NCBI GenBank assembly: GCA_051530055.1
Contig: CM121342.1
Span: 1,646,797-1,710,796 of the forward strand
DNA length: 64,000 nucleotides
Direction: 5' to 3'
Source: Neoechinorhynchus agilis
Lineage: Eukaryota; Animalia; Acanthocephala
The notes beneath the pieces were generated by a model that had not been told where the DNA came from, made no database searches, and was given only the letters and a program-made list of their open reading frames with translations. The position numbers and the translations under genes were made by a program. Below, in pieces: positions 12,075 to 22,939 of the stretch (the stretch's first letter is position 1; each line of letters begins with the position of its first letter).

Positions 12075-12295
12075 AAATTTTGACTTGTGGTGAAGATAAT
12101 CACCCGGTTAGAAATCATTTTATTGTAATGAAATATTTCGAAAAAGGAAACCTCGCCTCATACATCATTGCTTGTAAGTTTTTAAATATGTGAGTAGCAA
12201 TGATTGATAAAGCAAGGTTTCCTCTCTTTCGAAATATTTCATTACAATAAAATGATTTCTAATCGGGTGATTATCTTCACCACAAGTAAAAATTT
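12075..12295. mobile_element. Foldback/MITE-like element with ~80 bp near-perfect inverted arms
   Basis: 12075-12152 is the reverse complement of 12215-12295 with few mismatches; related half-copies at ~19929-19982, ~22045-22100 and ~33044-33097. Confidence 0.8.
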
Positions 12296-12344
12296 ACCAA
12301 CCCCATGGATTTTCTCGATATGGTAACATGAAATGTAGTAATCT

Positions 12345-13030
12345 AGTTTTTCGAAAATTGGACACTTGGGAGAGGGCTGTTGTGATGATAAAGAAAATCT
12401 TTATTCTTAAGCTTTCACCGCCTTACGGCTTAAGCTCAGGAATCTACAAAGGCGCATGGAGTTGTGAAGTGGTTTTTAAAGTAGCGACATCGAATAAGTT
12501 CGTCGAGCTTGTTAAGCAGTTCTGGGGGTTTCTCGAACTGATGTCCAGAACTCTCCCTCGTATTGTCTGCAGAGACACCATCCCTTTCCCTTCCAACAAC
12601 TTGGGATATTAGTAGTGCTTCGGGGATATATAGTTCCATCTAGGTCCTTGGTCACAAACCTACTCGTGTGCGAGTCTTACTTCGTCGATGTTTCACTCAG
12701 AGTTGTTCGTTGCCCATGGTGTAGCCATGATCTTGCGTCCGGATAAAGTGCCTTACGAACGTGTTCCGTAGCACGTTGACGCAGAGGCCGTTCAGTTTTG
12801 CCTTCTTTAGATGAGCTCGCGATTGTCATCGGCCAAACATCGTTCGCAGTTCATCTCCGAGACCGCGTTGCTTCCAGTGTTAATCGGTTCTTGTCAACCA
12901 TTTTTGTCGACGAACTTTCCTGGCGCGTAAACACATCAAAAACGATGCTGGACAGCGTTTCATGATGTTTAGTTCATCTTGATAATCGGTCTTCCCACAC
13001 ATTGATTCCGCGAACGATCATCTTTCTGTT
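12345..13030 (-). mobile_element. Penelope-like element 3' fragment (GIY-YIG plus terminus)
   Basis: Reverse strand gives EMNCERC...GKTERPLRQRATEHVRK...TPW...ELYIPEALLI, homologous to ORF 18222-18911. Confidence 0.85.
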
Positions 13031-13489
13031 TCACCTCTCGTGAATCACACCGATGCTGGAACTATAGGTCAAAACCTTTATCAACCTGAGAATCATTTTT
13101 CTTCACTTTTACCAATGCTGATGGCATCGCGATTGGATGATCGTTCATGGAATCGATATGGAGGAAAACGCGAATTAAAACGCAGGAAGTTGAACAGCAT
13201 CTTTCGTGAAGTGATAGCCGCAAGAGATTTGAAAGGAATGACTGGTCTCATTTATTGACCTATCCAGTGGTCAAAATGCACAATATGCCGGTTTGACAAC
13301 AGCGTCTTCGCTTAAATGCAGATCAATTATTTCGGTCGTCAATGAACCTGCGAACCCACTATCTCGCTTCCTGGCCATAACGATTGACCCACTGCTTCCG
13401 AGAACGAATTTGCGGAATGTAGAAGGCTTTAATAGTAGCCAAGTTATGTCTTTTGATATAATAATAACACGTTTATTTTTTACTAGAGA

Positions 13490-14170
13490 AATTAGACCCT
13501 GTAACTTTGGGCCCTTATAAACGCGCAGTTGTTGATTTTTGAGTGGCTTACGGGTACGGTCGGGTAGGAACCTGGTTGAGATTGACGATTATTGTTTGTA
13601 GAATAGTTAGCGATATTGTATATCCGAGAAGATTGGGTAGCATGGAAAAAGGAGCCTAGGTAGCGGGAGGTGCGAGGTCAAGAGAGGACGAAACGGATTA
13701 GGATTACAAGTATTGTGCTCGTGTGAAAATGGTAATAAAAAGGGTGTAAAAATTGTGGTGGTGGTGTTGAAAGGCTTTTGATTGTTTAATGAACATTTTA
13801 TAAAGGTATTCAGTGAGAGGGTGAAAATCAACTGCGCGAATTTTAGATGCTCTTTTATGAAGAATTTTAAGACGGTGGATTAGCGATTTGGAAAGGTTGC
13901 AAAATACAGGATAGCCGTAGGTGAGGGATGGTAAGATAAACCAGAAGTAAATTTTGTGGAAATCGGGCGGCGTTTGAGGAGATAAATTTTAGAGGTACTG
14001 CGTTTGAGGGAGAGAGTGATGTGTGAGTCCCATTGCAGATTTGATTGAAATTAGAGACCAAGAATTCTTAGGCAGGTGACTCGTAAGATGTCATTTGGAA
14101 CTTCGGGGAGAATGAGGGGATATTGCGGGAGAATGAGTAGATCGCTCTATACGAACGTCGACCCTGAAAG
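13490..14170 (-). mobile_element. CR1/L2-type LINE 3' fragment (family A)
   Basis: Reverse strand gives RILGL*FQSNLQWDSHI...LTYGYPVFCNLSKS; matches 39890-40410. Confidence 0.75.
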
Positions 14171-14199
14171 AGTGGTACGAGCCCTCGAGAAGGGGGGGA

Positions 14200-14565
14200 A
14201 TGGGAACAACTTGGAAAACTCACTTATGAGTCTCGTCCCATAGCGACAGAGTAACTCTCCACACGAGTTAGGTCTTTGGTCAAGGATCCGGTGGAATACC
14301 GATTGCCGAGGTACTGATTATATACCGGGCGGTTGGAAAGTGAAGGTGTCTCCTAAGACTGCGAGGGAGAGTTCTGGAGATCAGCGGCTTTGCGGGACAA
14401 ACTTTCTACTTCGATGTCGATACTTTAACACACTTCACATCTCTAAGCGCTTTTGTAGATTCCTGAGCTTAAGCGGTAAAAAAGCGAAAGCTTGAAAATA
14501 AAGATTTTCTTTATTGCTACAACATCCCATCCAGGTGTCCATTTGAAAACAAAACTTGTTCAATC
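14200..14565 (+). mobile_element. Penelope-like element 3' fragment
   Basis: Similar to the reverse complement of 12350-12700; encodes LSTR...KDPVE...AEVLII, homologous to the GIY-YIG C-terminus of 18222-18911. Confidence 0.8.
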
Positions 14566-14779
14566 ATGCGGCTGTAAAATCAAGTAGTATTTCACAAGAT
14601 TTTCAAATGTAGTAAATCAAATTAGAATTTGATGTTCGAATTCATTAACGAGATTGTCGATTTTCGGAATCTACATTCGTGTAAGAAACGAATGTGGGAT
14701 GCCGCATACTTTTTCACGCAACAAAATCAGTCCCTAACTTTCTTTCAGTCCCTAACCTTCTTTCACAATAATCGGACTT

Positions 14780-17700
14780 GATGTTACTGATTCTTGTCGG
14801 TCACGTAAAAGAAGCAGCTCCGGCACCCAGACAGCTACTGGTAGTAGCCTGTCGACGCAGGGTCGGTGTGTCGCTCCACTTGGTGATGCGGCAGCGAACG
14901 GGAGCAACAAAATCCACCAGTGCAACGGGAAAAAGCGAGGGCGTCGTAGTTCTCGCCGACGACTTGAGCGTCGAAATGAGCGAAACTGTCGCCGGAGGCA
15001 ACGAAAGCGTCAGTCGAAGCTCATCACCGTGGTGGGTACGGACTGTTCAGGTGGCGCTGACAGCCGTGAGCCCTTTGGCCCAGCTATTTCAGATAGAAGA
15101 GGACTACGAATCGGATCCTTGAATTGTAGGAGTCTGCGAGCGCAATGGCGTAGGGGAACCCTGGCCAAATTGACAAGGAACGCCGGAATGGATCTTGTGT
15201 TTTTACAAGAATTGCGCATAAGAGGCCAGTCAGACAGCCGTAAATCAGGAGGATTTAGGAGGAGGCTGGTCATTATCTTACCTATCTGCGGACAGTCGAG
15301 GAAATGGAGGTGTAGGCGTTTGTTTATAACCCCGCCTCCGAAACTCAGCACTATGCAGTATTATAACTGACCGAATCCTTCGTGTCAGCATAAAGCTTCG
15401 GTCGAGAAATCTCTATGCTTTTGGCGTATATTCACCGACTTCCTCGTAGGATGAAGAGGCTGTTGAAGGATTTTATGGAAATTTAGCCGAAGCATTAGAT
15501 GATGTACTGAACAGAGACACACTCCCAATAGCCGGTGACTTCAACGCGATTTTACCGCATTCCGAAAGATCGCTATATGTGTTGAAAGGCGCGAATCGGA
15601 ACAGCCCGTACTTGGTTGAGGCGCTGGAGCGGTATGATCTCGTGTCTGCTAACACTTTATTCCGGAAGCGTCCGTGGCGTTTTGCGACGTTTATGGGTCA
15701 AAAGAATCCGTCCAGACATGCCATCGGAAAAAATCCCGAGACGCTTAGCTCAGCTTGACCATGTATTTTTGAGACGTAGGGAAAAATGCCGGGTCAAAAA
15801 CGCTGACACATTCACTGTTGATGCGCTGCTAACCGACCACAAATTGGTGATATGTCAGTTGAGCATGAGTGACTCGTTGTTCCGTACACCTCAGTATCCT
15901 CCACGTCCGTTCTATGGCGCCCTCGCTAATGGGGAGAAGAGGAAAGAGTTCGATATCGGACTAGAGAATCAAGTGAGCTCGATACCAGCTGCTGAAACGG
16001 ATATTGATTTTTATTACAAGTCAATGTGCGAAGCAGTGACCGTAGCGGCCGAGAAAACTCTCCCAAAAATGAGGCGTATAAAAGCTGCAAAGGTTATATG
16101 GCAGGAGGACTGTGAATTTATGGCAATGGCTGAGCAGATCAAAATTCTAACAAAAAGGGGAAAACGATCTGAGGCTCGCATTGCAAGTCTTGAACTTGCC
16201 AACCTCTATAATGAAAAGCAAACGGCTTCGATGGAGGATGCAGTTCGCGGGATCGCATATAAGGAAGGTTTTGTTCGTACCTCCCTAGCATGGAGAGTGA
16301 TAGACACTCTCACAGGAAGATCCAAAAGACAGCCAACTTTGATTGAAGGTCCCTCCCCGGAAATCAGGAAAAAGAGAAACGCAAATTATTTTGCGGAAAT
16401 TCTCAATTCGCCATTATCGTCTTTGGAATTGAGTCCTGCACTTCCAAAAGGCACAATCTTCCCAAGCACTGAGGCATACTTCACTGGACCGATTACCGTG
16501 AAGGAAGCGATCGCTGCGGCGAAAATTATGCGTGCGGGACGTGCATCAGGCCCAGATGGGATAATGGCAGAGGTACTGAGGTTTGAATCTATTGCCAGAA
16601 AAATCATACCGATAATGAATGGCATAATGAATGGTGGCTCAGTACCTCAAATCTTGCAAACGGCGCATTTAGCAATGATCCCCAAGAAATGCTGCTCGAC
16701 AAAGGTGGAGGACTACAGAGGTATATCCTTGATGTCCAACATGGCAAAACTTTTCAGCAGCATTTTGAGACGCCGAATTCAGCCAATATTCGAACCGTTT
16801 CTAAGAATTAAACAGAACGGCTTCAGGAAAGGTCGAGGCACCACAGAGCACATATTGGCTCTGAGGAGGCACGAATTCATCAAACGGATGTGACGCTGAT
16901 ATTTGTTGATTTCCGTCGAGCTTTCTATTCGGTAAATCGAACGATGATTGGCGGTATCTTAAAGGAGTATGGAGTGCCGCCGATCATTGTCACATACGTT
17001 ATGGCAGTATATAAAAACACAAGGTCCGCCGTCAAGACAGCTGACGGTTTGACAGAATACTTTTCCATCACTTCAGGTGTTTTGCAGGGTGACACATTGG
17101 CTTCTTTCCTCTTCATCTTGGTGCTTGATTGGGTAATGAGATGGGCACTACCGAATGATGAAGATGGATTTCATCTGTTGAGGAAAAGAGGTCGTAAGTA
17201 TCCTGAGATACGCGCCTCCTACATGGCATATGCCGACGACATCGTATTGATGTCCTCAACAGTCGAAGGAGCTCAACGCATGCTAAATAGACTGTGCGAG
17301 AGGGCGAGTATGATTGGTCTGACCATTAATTCGAAAAAGATGGAATTCTTGACGATTCCGCGTGTCGCGCATACAGTCTCTGCCTAAGGGCTGAATGGCG
17401 TTGAGCAATTAAAACAGATAGAGCGGTATGTCTATCTGGGAGCTGTCGTTCCTGAGGTGAGTGCGGATGTAAGCCGACGGAGAGCTATAGCTTGGAGAGC
17501 AATGGGGCAACTTAAACTACTGTTTGACAGTGAGTCTTTGCCAGATGAACTCCGTTCGCAGCTGTTCAGGGTTCTAATTGAGAGCATTCTCTACTACAAT
17601 GCAGAGACCTGGACACTGTTACCAACGGTGACGAGGCAGTTGGACCAAAATCATTCATCTCTCTTACGTGCGGCGTTCAAGGTCAGATGGTCAGATAAAG

Positions 17701-17850
17701 TGACCAACAAAGTACTGTATAAGAGCCGGAGTCCAACCGCCCAGTGAATATTTGCGCCGCAGATGACTGCAGTTCACGGGCAATATAATTCGGTCCGAGG
17801 CATCTTGCCCACAGGTCGTGCAACAATTCCTTTTCTGGAGGCCAACGACA
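14780..17850 (+). mobile_element. RTE-clade LINE, APE-RT ORF with several frameshifts and stops; 3' end interrupted by a Penelope insertion
   Basis: IGSLNCRSL, LQELR, SPTSS*DEEAVEGFY, IAGDFNA; SGPDGI, YRGISL, QNGFRKGR, FVDFRRAF, GVLQGDTLA, YADD, GLTIN, RYVYLG. Confidence 0.92.
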
Positions 17851-18221
17851 TTGTATTGTAAAGGCAAAGGGAACTGTCATACATACGATGACCCGATTTT
17901 AAGAGACGCGAATTGCCCGCATAACAGGACTGCTGTCGTGTATTTTAGATCCCTTGCGGAGTCTAATTCTATTTCACGGGCCTCGGTGAAGGTCGGCAAC
18001 ACATCGTCCACATAGCGGAGGTAAACTTGACTCGACGCTAAATGTGGATAGATGTGCAGTCTTTCCAGGTCATCGAGGTAGAGGATGGCCAATACCGGAG
18101 CTAAACCATTTCCCATTGCAAGACCACGAACTTGCTTATATAGCTGGTGGTGGAAGCAGTAAACAAGATCTTCGCGGACAACGGATAATCGACAGAGGAG
18201 ATCGAGGGGTTCCAGCGAGAA

Positions 18222-18911
18222 GTGGAAAATAGAATTAGACGGAACGTTGGACCCATGAGTGTACGAAAGGACGATAGGCCGATCCTACGAATTCCGTACG
18301 TGAGTGAAATGTTCACGAAGAGAGTCAAAGTACTGCTCAGGCAAGCGGGATTGAATGGGCGTATCGTGCACAGAGGGTGTAGAACGCTGCGGAGGATGCT
18401 GACGAGAACGAGGCATCATGAGGATCATCAGGAATACCCTCGGTCGTGCCTAATGTGCAGATACGCAGCAGGTGCGAGGATGGACGAGGAGCGTCAGCAA
18501 GCAGTTGATCGTGACTGGAAGATGTGCGATCAGAGCAGTGTGGTCTACGAGATCCGGTGTGAACGGTGTCGGATTGACCGTGGCCACTTGGTCAAGTATG
18601 TGGGCAAAACAGAAAGGCCACTTCGCCAAAGAGTAACCGAGCATGTACGAAACTCGTTGAACCCAAGTGCGCAATCGTATGTGACGACACCGTGGGCGAA
18701 ACATTATTCGCGAGTCTACCCGGATGGAACAGTTCAGCTGTCCACGCGCATAATGTACAAAGCGCAGGATCCCGTCGAACTGTCGATAGCGGAAGCGCTG
18801 ATCATATCCCGAGAGACCCGGGATGGTGAGGACTCTAGCGGGCATCGGTCGATCGGTAGGACACTCATTAACCAGAAGGATGAGTTGTCTGCCGTCATGA
18901 ATCTCCTGTGA
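18222..18911 (+). CDS. Penelope linker plus GIY-YIG endonuclease (229 aa, truncated element ORF)
   Basis: LRIPYVSE, SSVVYEIRCERC...YVGKTERPLRQRVTEH...IAEALII...LINQKDE. Confidence 0.88.
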   Translation: MENRIRRNVGPMSVRKDDRPILRIPYVSEMFTKRVKVLLRQAGLNGRIVHRGCRTLRRMLTRTRHHEDHQEYPRSCLMCRYAAGARMDEERQQAVDRDWKMCDQSSVVYEIRCERCRIDRGHLVKYVGKTERPLRQRVTEHVRNSLNPSAQSYVTTPWAKHYSRVYPDGTVQLSTRIMYKAQDPVELSIAEALIISRETRDGEDSSGHRSIGRTLINQKDELSAVMNLL

Positions 18912-18938
18912 ACCTCCACTCCACTCGCATTGCAGATT

Positions 18939-18977
18939 ACACCCTGAAGAAGCCGTTTGATGGCGAAAGCTTGGTGT
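18939..18977 (+). ncRNA. Type I minimal hammerhead ribozyme (Penelope-associated)
   Basis: ACACC-CUGAAGA-A-GCCG(uuuga)UGGC-GAA-AGCU-U-GGUGU: stem I 5 bp, conserved core, stem II 4 bp, palindromic stem III AGCU. Confidence 0.85.
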
Positions 18978-19068
18978 TTGAATAAAATCTATCTTTCAGT
19001 CGGATTGTCTATCAAACAATCATCACTAGATATCATAAAATCTTAAAAATGCTTCTACTCAAATAAGT

Positions 19069-19542
19069 TCAATCGAATTTTTCATCCTCAAAGACTTTAC
19101 GAGCTCGCTTCAATTCTTTGTCCATGCGCAAAAGCTGCGTGGCTCTTAACAATTTTCTTGGATCATCCCTAAGAAGAAAGTAGAAATCTTCAGGTTGAAT
19201 GTTGGGTCCCTGTCTCACAGATGCGGCCCTGCACGCCATTGTGGAGATATAGTCGACGACGATTTTCTCCAAAGCTTCCACGGTTTCATCCAGTGGTTTT
19301 TCAACGTCACCACATCCGTAGAGGAGCTGTTCAAGTTCACGAGAGAACGAACGCTGGTGTTTTTGATTGTTTGTGCATCTAGAATCCGATCGATTAAGTA
19401 TGTCCACCTTTGATATAAATGATTCGCCGGAAAATGCAGCGGTATCGTCGTCTTCGGGGTCTACAGCCCCAGATGCCAGATCGAAATCTGAGCAGACTGA
19501 TGGAGATAAAGCCGGATATGGACTACGCTCAGAATCGCTCAT
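19069..19542 (-). CDS. TAF13: TFIID subunit 13 (histone fold), single exon, 157 aa
   Basis: FSRELEQLLYGCGD...ETVEALE...EDFYFLLRDDPRK...KELKRARKVFE. Confidence 0.95.
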   Translation of the reverse strand: MSDSERSPYPALSPSVCSDFDLASGAVDPEDDDTAAFSGESFISKVDILNRSDSRCTNNQKHQRSFSRELEQLLYGCGDVEKPLDETVEALEKIVVDYISTMACRAASVRQGPNIQPEDFYFLLRDDPRKLLRATQLLRMDKELKRARKVFEDEKFD

Positions 19543-20054
19543 CGCAATCTAAAACAAGATTCAGTGAACTTTAAGACGTGATCCTGACTTCATTAAAAAG
19601 ATCGACGAGCTTCATGAAGCAATTTTATTGCTATTCAAAATAATCTCAAATTCTTTAACGGTAACAACATTCTCATTTTTATCATTTCGGTTCGTTTGGC
19701 TTTGTGTTTTGCGAAGTAATTCACAATTTTTTTAAAAGCATAATTGAAAATTAGATTCGAGGATGGAAAATAAAAATTTCAGATCGATAATTTTTCATTC
19801 GATATATTCTTCGCTGCGAAAATCGTAAGTTTTAGTTAAAGATTTCGAGTTCATCGGTCACAAATCGCTGAGAATTATAGGCAAATCATCGACAGAGAAA
19901 ATCATTCGGGTTAGTCAAAGTATAACCTTGGTGAACATAATCCCGGTAATAGCACATTTGATTTATTGGAGATATTTCGCGGCGAGCGGATAATTGGCCC
20001 CGAACTTCGGGTTTGGCAATCCCGCGCGTCAAAGCTTAGAACCTGAACGGTCGT

Positions 20055-20310
20055 GGAAAAGAGATACTTAGAGATTAAAAGTTCACTTTCACTGTGATAG
20101 ATCGATCCAATAAAGACTTGTAATCTAATCTTGTCTGAGATGATCAAGAAATGAATAAAATCTCAAAATATTAATAATTGAAAATACAATTTTCCGGTCA
20201 CATCTCCGATTGGTCATGGAAAAGAGATACTTATAGATTATAGGTTCACTTTCAATGTGATAAATCGATCCAATAAAGACTTGTAATCTAATCTTGGCTG
20301 AGATGATCAT
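20055..20310. repeat. Direct repeat of ~92 bp, copies ~163 bp apart, in the TAF13/STX18 divergent intergenic region
   Basis: ggaaaagagatactta...atcgatccaataaagacttgtaatctaatcttg.ctgagatgatca at ~20055-20147 and ~20218-20309. Confidence 0.9.
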
Positions 20311-20417
20311 GAATAACGCGATTTTAAGAAATCAAAAACGTCATTGCCAAATTCGATCTGGAAGAAGCCTTCAAATGCACCGTGAATTTCAATTTTTCTC
20401 GATCTTCAGTATTTTAA

Positions 20418-21299
20418 ATGACTCAAGGGATTAAAACTCACGTATCCGTTGATCGGACAAAGGCATTTTTGGCGATAGTCCGTGCTCTGGACTTATCCCA
20501 AGCGTTCATAAAAAAGAATCCTGTGGATCCTAAGGAAAATAAAAAGGCGACATCAGAGTTCATGCTGAAAGCTGAATCGATGCGGCTTAAGGTATTATCA
20601 GATTCTAAAAGTAAAGTGCTAGAAAATGACGTCAGCGGCTTGTTAGAGATTATAGACCGCAATAATCCATTTCATCTGGCCATTATCGATTGGCTAAAGG
20701 AAACTAATCGGCAGAACGAATTGGTTAATCAAAAACACAGAGAAAACATACGGAGAAAGACTTATGAACGACAACTTGTTTTGAAAATATGTAAATGCTC
20801 AAAAATGAACACGGTCCGTTTTTTCTATGTTCATTTTAGATTAAACCTTCACTCGCCGCATCGTTCGCCCCAATACTTTGCCCTGAGACTTCGGAGACCC
20901 GAGCTAATGACCTAGAGTTCCAAAACGCGCCTGATCTTCAGACTCTTCAAATAGAAAATGAATTACTTTTAAGAAAAAGAAATATGGATTTTTGTTTCGA
21001 CTAAAATCCATCGTTCTTAAATAGAAGACCTTAATGCGATGTCTAATGAGGTAGAAAAAGTCTCCAGAAAAGTTGAAGAGATCGCCAGGCTGCAATCCGC
21101 ATTTGCTGAAAACGTTTTATCACAAAGCGAACTGATTGATCGATTCGCAGATGAAACTGAAACGACAATGGCTACTTTGACCGACACGAACCGGATTCTT
21201 CAAAATGCAACGGCGACCACTTCGTCGCTGCATGTTCATATTTTCATCGTAATTGTCTTAACGTTTTCATTGGCCTTTTTGCATTGGTACAACGAATAA
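20418..21299 (+). CDS. STX18: Syntaxin-18/Ufe1 ER Qa-SNARE; 3 exons (introns 20778-20839 and probably 20973-21024)
   Basis: QTLQIENELL...EVEKVSRKVEEIARLQSAFAENVLSQ...C-terminal TM ending FSLAFLHWYNE. Confidence 0.88.
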
Positions 21300-22249
21300 A
21301 TTTCTCTTTAACAAAAACGTTCTTTTTTGAACGCGAACACGGAAGAATCGCACTTTTAAGCTCATGTAAAAAAGTGATCGCGGAGTCTTTTTTTCTTTTG
21401 AATCGCAAAACAACGAAACGCGGGAACCGATTTTTCTCTATAAAAACTCACATCATGCATACAATTCTTTCGGGTATGCAACGTAAAAAAGACCCTGATT
21501 TAAAAATTGATCTTTTTTTGGTCGCAGAGGACGAATTAATAAGAAATTTTAAGCATAAAGAAAGTTGTCATTTTGCTACTTAAAGAATTATCATTTCGCT
21601 CGTTTCAAGTTTTAATAATTCGCTTGGTCCTACGTTTTGGTCTTAGATAAAGCATTCCGTTACGTCTGCAAAAATTCATCTTCTTTCTGAATAGTAAACA
21701 TCGTCTTTTGTTCTCTCACTTTCTCTATTTCGTTCATCCTTGAAATTGTTTGAAGATTGAACAGTTCCGTTTTTGACAGTGTCTGATTTTCAAGTTCCTA
21801 CTTTCACGCAACCTTCATATAAAGGCATAAAAGTGTGCCTCCGAAATATTGGAATCAATAAAATTCTTTTAATTTTCCGCTATATGAAAAGAGCATGATA
21901 CGGATTTTTTTGATCGTATTTATGGATTTTAAATTTAGCTGCTTCACAAGTTTCACAGGCTCTATCAAAAATCAAATATGAGCTTTATTGATTGAGATAA
22001 TTTTTAATTTGTACCATTTGATACCTACTATTTAATTTTTTTTGATTTGTGGTGATGATAATTTTCCCGATAAAATATATTTAATTGAAATATTTCGAAA
22101 GATTCATTTTTGTCTATTTAATTATTAAGAACTCTGATTGAATGTATTTTTCGATTGGGTTATTTCAATTGTCTAATTAATTGATTTATTTGTCTCAAAT
22201 AATCCCGACATTCATTAGAAAGCATCACTCACGCATTTTTCTCTCTTTC

Positions 22250-22570
22250 TCGAGAGGTTGCGGTTCCATCGACAACTAATTTATCCTGTTTGATGCAATC
22301 CACCCATCGTTTTCTCGTTGGCAATTATTTTTAGGCCAGTTGTGTAGATTAATTTCTTTAGACGATACCGTTCATGTCTCGGTAGCCCTTGATGGTTTAA
22401 CACAAGCTCCGGGCGAAGAACTTGCGCGTCGCTTGGTTGATTCGGTTGTTGGTTGTCATTTGGGTCAAAATTTGGCGAGAATTTTACAGCCGGATGTCCT
22501 TCCTGACGCCAACCCTCCTCCTTTTTCAGCCGGGCTTGGAACCGTCCATGGCAGAGTTCTTCATTAGAAA
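22250..22570 (-). mobile_element. Degenerate RTE-like LINE 3' fragment
   Basis: Reverse strand contains PTRKRWVDCIKQD, resembling the RTE C-terminal R-P-R-K-R-W-x-D motif. Confidence 0.4.
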
Positions 22571-22939
22571 GCATGTATTCTATAATTTATTTTACCAGAA
22601 TATGGAATAATTTTAAAAATAATAATAAAATTATTTCATTAAAAAATGTATACTGTTCTATAATCGCTTTTTTTAACGATGAGTTTCGCGATTATGCTAT
22701 TTTTAAATTAAAAGATTACTATTTCAGTTCCTAAAGAACCAGTGGAAAATAGTAAAAATGTTTTCCTCTATTGTTGATTTCACATGTTGAATCCTTTGTT
22801 AATAAGATCGTCGTTGGTGTTTAATTTGATACTTTATGGAATTTTGGTAGAATGTTTGAGATTACCAATCATTTTTTGTTGTTTACTCTTTGTTTTTTTG
22901 TATTAACTTTCGTATTTTCGCAGATGACTTTAATTTAAA

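Larger units (their letters stand above)
17850..19000 (+). mobile_element. 5'-truncated Penelope-like element with an inverted RT segment
   Basis: Minus strand 17850-18165 gives PLE RT (LYKQVRGLAMGNGLAP, YLRYVDD); plus strand from ~18165 gives KIFADNG* then GIY-YIG ORF 18222-18911, a hammerhead and AATAAA. Confidence 0.9.
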
